Origin: Pseudomonadota bacterium
GTDB taxonomy: Bacteria; Myxococcota; JACRCW01; JAFGSX01
Reading direction: 5' to 3'
Assembly (NCBI GenBank): GCA_043821645.1
Contig: JBDRCO010000033.1
Span: forward strand, 13,735 to 77,734
DNA length: 64,000 nucleotides
Both the position numbers and the translations under genes were made by a program. Shown here one piece after another: positions 61,711 through 64,000 of the stretch (the first letter of the stretch is position 1; each line of letters opens with the position of its first letter). Under the pieces are notes generated by a model. The model was not told the origin of the DNA. It saw only the letters and a list, made by a program, of their open reading frames with translations, and made no database searches.

Positions 61711-63432
61711 TCACTTCACCGGTACCAAACCATAGAGCCCTGCCAGCACCTGCTGCGCCAGGGTCTCGTCCACCTGCCCCAGGGCCTGCCGCGCCTGCGC
61801 CAGCTCCTGGGTCCCGAACACCTGCTGCACGGCGGCGTCGGCCTGACGCAGCTGCTCGTCGTAGCTGCGCTCGATGCGCTGGCGCACGCGCTCGGCTTCG
61901 GCCTGCAGGGCCTGCACCGGCGCCGGCAGCGACACACCCGCTTGCCGACCTGCCTGCGACAAGGCGCCCAGCACGTCGCCGCTGGCAGCCCGCTGCACCG
62001 TGCCCGCGACCTGCGCTCCCTGCCCGAGCAGACGGCCCACCTCGCCGTTGCCTGCCAGACCCGAGGCGCTGCCCAGGGCCCCGGCCACGTCGCCCCGCGC
62101 CAGGCTGGTGGCTGTGTCCACCGCCGTGGCACCCTTGCCGAGCACGCCCGCGACCTCACCCGCACCCGCACCGCCCGCCACACCCGCGGCCCCGCGCAGG
62201 GCACCGCCAACGTCACCGCGCACCAGCGAGCGCACCGTGTTGACACCGCTCTTCACCAGGTTGACGCCTTTCTGGACGTAGCCTGCGATCTTACCAACCA
62301 CTCCGCCCACGCCGGGCAAGGCCTCCAGCAGCGACGAGATCGCGCCCTTGAAATTACCCGTCACCAGGTTGCCCACGGTCTTGGCGCCAGCCCAGATGGC
62401 ACCCGCGATCTGCCCCACGCCGGGGATGAGCCTGACCACGGGCATGACGAAGTCGACGATCTTGCCAATCCAGCCAAAGGCTTTCTTGAAGAAGCCGAAC
62501 AGCGACTCGAAGAAACTCTTGGGCCGGTACAGGTCGTACAGGAAGTCGCCCATCTGCTTCAGGCGCTGGTGCTCAGCCTTGTAGGTCTGATCGACGCGGG
62601 CGATCTCCTGCTTGGCGCGCGCCGCCTGGGGCGAGTCCTTGCCGTAGGTGGCCTCGATCATGGCCAGCTCGGCCTTGAGTTCCTGCTTGTGTGCCTTGCC
62701 CGCAGCCTCGATGCGCTTGGCGCTCTCCTTGTTGATGCGCCCCAGGCGTCCCGTGAACATGTCGTGCATGTTGACCGGGCCGTTCAGGCCGCAGAAGCCC
62801 TTGTTCTCGGGCAGGCCATACTTCTTGCGCAGGGCCTCGAGCTTCTTCTTCTTCTGATCCTGGCTCAGGCTCTCGTCGCTGGCGATGGCATCGACCTCGG
62901 CGGTGACCTGCTCGAGCACGACGGGCGGCTTGATCTTGTCGGCGATCTTGGCGCGCTGCTTGTTCAGCTTGGCCAGCTTCTCGGCCCTGTGCTTGGGCGA
63001 CAGGGCGGGGTCGGCCTGCACCTGGGCGATCTGGGTGTCGACCTGAGCCAGCTTGGCCTCGTGCGGCGCGTTCGCCTTCGCACGCCTGGCATTGAACGCG
63101 TCGACGTCGGCACGCTGCTTGTCCGTGAAGCTGTACTTCTCGTGCTCGACCCGCGCCCGCTCGTTGGCGATGGTGCGCTGCGCACGGTCCAAGGGCGCGC
63201 TCGCCGCCTCCCGGGGCTGTGCCGCGGCCTGGGTCGGTTGCACCTGTGCCGTCCCGACCGCCCGGCGACTGGCATGCAGGGCCTGGGTGTCCTCGAGGCC
63301 ATCGGGCAGTAGCCCCTGGCGCACCAGCTCGGCCACCACGGCACGTTGCACGGCGGGATCCAGGTGTTGCACGACGTTCAGGACGGGGTTGGCGTGCAGA
63401 TGCGGCACGCGCGGAGACACGGAGACCTTCAT
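61711..63432 (-). CDS. Hypothetical protein: coiled-coil/Lys-rich region, amphipathic-hydrophobic segment, Gly/Ala-rich repeats
   Basis: 573-aa ORF with GAGGAGG RBS; RGDVxGAL-type repeats; no signal peptide. Confidence 0.75.
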   Translation of the reverse strand: MKVSVSPRVPHLHANPVLNVVQHLDPAVQRAVVAELVRQGLLPDGLEDTQALHASRRAVGTAQVQPTQAAAQPREAASAPLDRAQRTIANERARVEHEKYSFTDKQRADVDAFNARRAKANAPHEAKLAQVDTQIAQVQADPALSPKHRAEKLAKLNKQRAKIADKIKPPVVLEQVTAEVDAIASDESLSQDQKKKKLEALRKKYGLPENKGFCGLNGPVNMHDMFTGRLGRINKESAKRIEAAGKAHKQELKAELAMIEATYGKDSPQAARAKQEIARVDQTYKAEHQRLKQMGDFLYDLYRPKSFFESLFGFFKKAFGWIGKIVDFVMPVVRLIPGVGQIAGAIWAGAKTVGNLVTGNFKGAISSLLEALPGVGGVVGKIAGYVQKGVNLVKSGVNTVRSLVRGDVGGALRGAAGVAGGAGAGEVAGVLGKGATAVDTATSLARGDVAGALGSASGLAGNGEVGRLLGQGAQVAGTVQRAASGDVLGALSQAGRQAGVSLPAPVQALQAEAERVRQRIERSYDEQLRQADAAVQQVFGTQELAQARQALGQVDETLAQQVLAGLYGLVPVK

Positions 63433-63618
63433 GGCACCCTCCTCAGGTCGGGACCTGATGCCGAAGCGAGACGACAGAGTCGATAAGATACGAGCCCGCC
63501 GAACAGGTTATCGCAGCGACTGACGACGGGTTGCGAGAAAATGGTAAGATACGAAACTACCCTGGAGCAGGATGTGCGTGGATCTCAGGCCCGAGCAGAA
63601 GCGCCGCGACGGTGCGCG

Positions 63619-63999
63619 CTAGCTGGCACCCTGGCCCAGGGAGCGCGCCACCGCACCGGTGCGATCGGTGGGATCCATCTCCCCTTGCAGTGGCACCTCG
63701 ACCAGGGGACCGTCGATGTGCCCGCGCAGCCGCTCGATCTGAGCCCGCGCCTCGTCGGCTCCGTCGAGTTCGCTCCGCGCCGCACTGGCCGCCTGGTTGA
63801 GCGCGGTGTCGGCGTGATTCTGCAGCTGATCGAGCAGCCCACGATCCGCGGCGTTGACGAGGGACACCGGCACCTGGTTGACGACGACCGTGCGGCTGGA
63901 CAGCCCCAGCTCTCGAGCCCGCTGGACCAGCTCGATGGTCTCGTTGACCGGCAGCTCCTCGGGCAGGGCCACCACCACCAGCTCGCAGCGCTGGGGGTT
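63619..63999 (-). CDS. ArsA/GET3-family ATPase, C-terminal part (5' end outside the window)
   Basis: VVALPEELPVNETIEL...VVVNQV. Confidence 0.7.
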   Translation of the reverse strand, partial: NPQRCELVVVALPEELPVNETIELVQRARELGLSSRTVVVNQVPVSLVNAADRGLLDQLQNHADTALNQAASAARSELDGADEARAQIERLRGHIDGPLVEVPLQGEMDPTDRTGAVARSLGQGAS

Positions 64000-64000
64000 C

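Overview
Very GC-rich, gene-dense bacterial chromosomal window. The Cys-rich lipoproteins with Asp/Ala-rich linkers, MYXO-CTERM-like tails, PEGA protein, kinase-STAND-WD40 protein and sigma-54 system point to Myxococcota/Deltaproteobacteria (inference). It holds about 55 real CDS; most other ORF-track entries are GC-driven antisense shadows. Content is mostly housekeeping, transport and signalling: ybaK, pal, a histidine kinase/NtrC pair, modABC, a BMP-type nucleoside ABC transporter, prpD, prmA, ggt, ybdK and malQ. I saw no integrase, transposase or CRISPR array. The standout is a minus-strand unit at about 24.1-26.3 kb. It runs: a hypothetical protein that aligns by eye to FemX/FemAB-type aminoacyl-tRNA-dependent transferases, then a small Arg-rich protein, then a tRNA-shaped RNA with the alanine identity set (G3.U70, A73) but no usable anticodon loop, then an alpha/beta hydrolase. 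I interpret this as a candidate dedicated non-ribosomal alanylation system. A second clear signal is a small sigma-54 regulon (pal plus a stand-alone response regulator) sharing tandem palindromic enhancer sites. All family assignments come from motif recognition by eye, not database searches.
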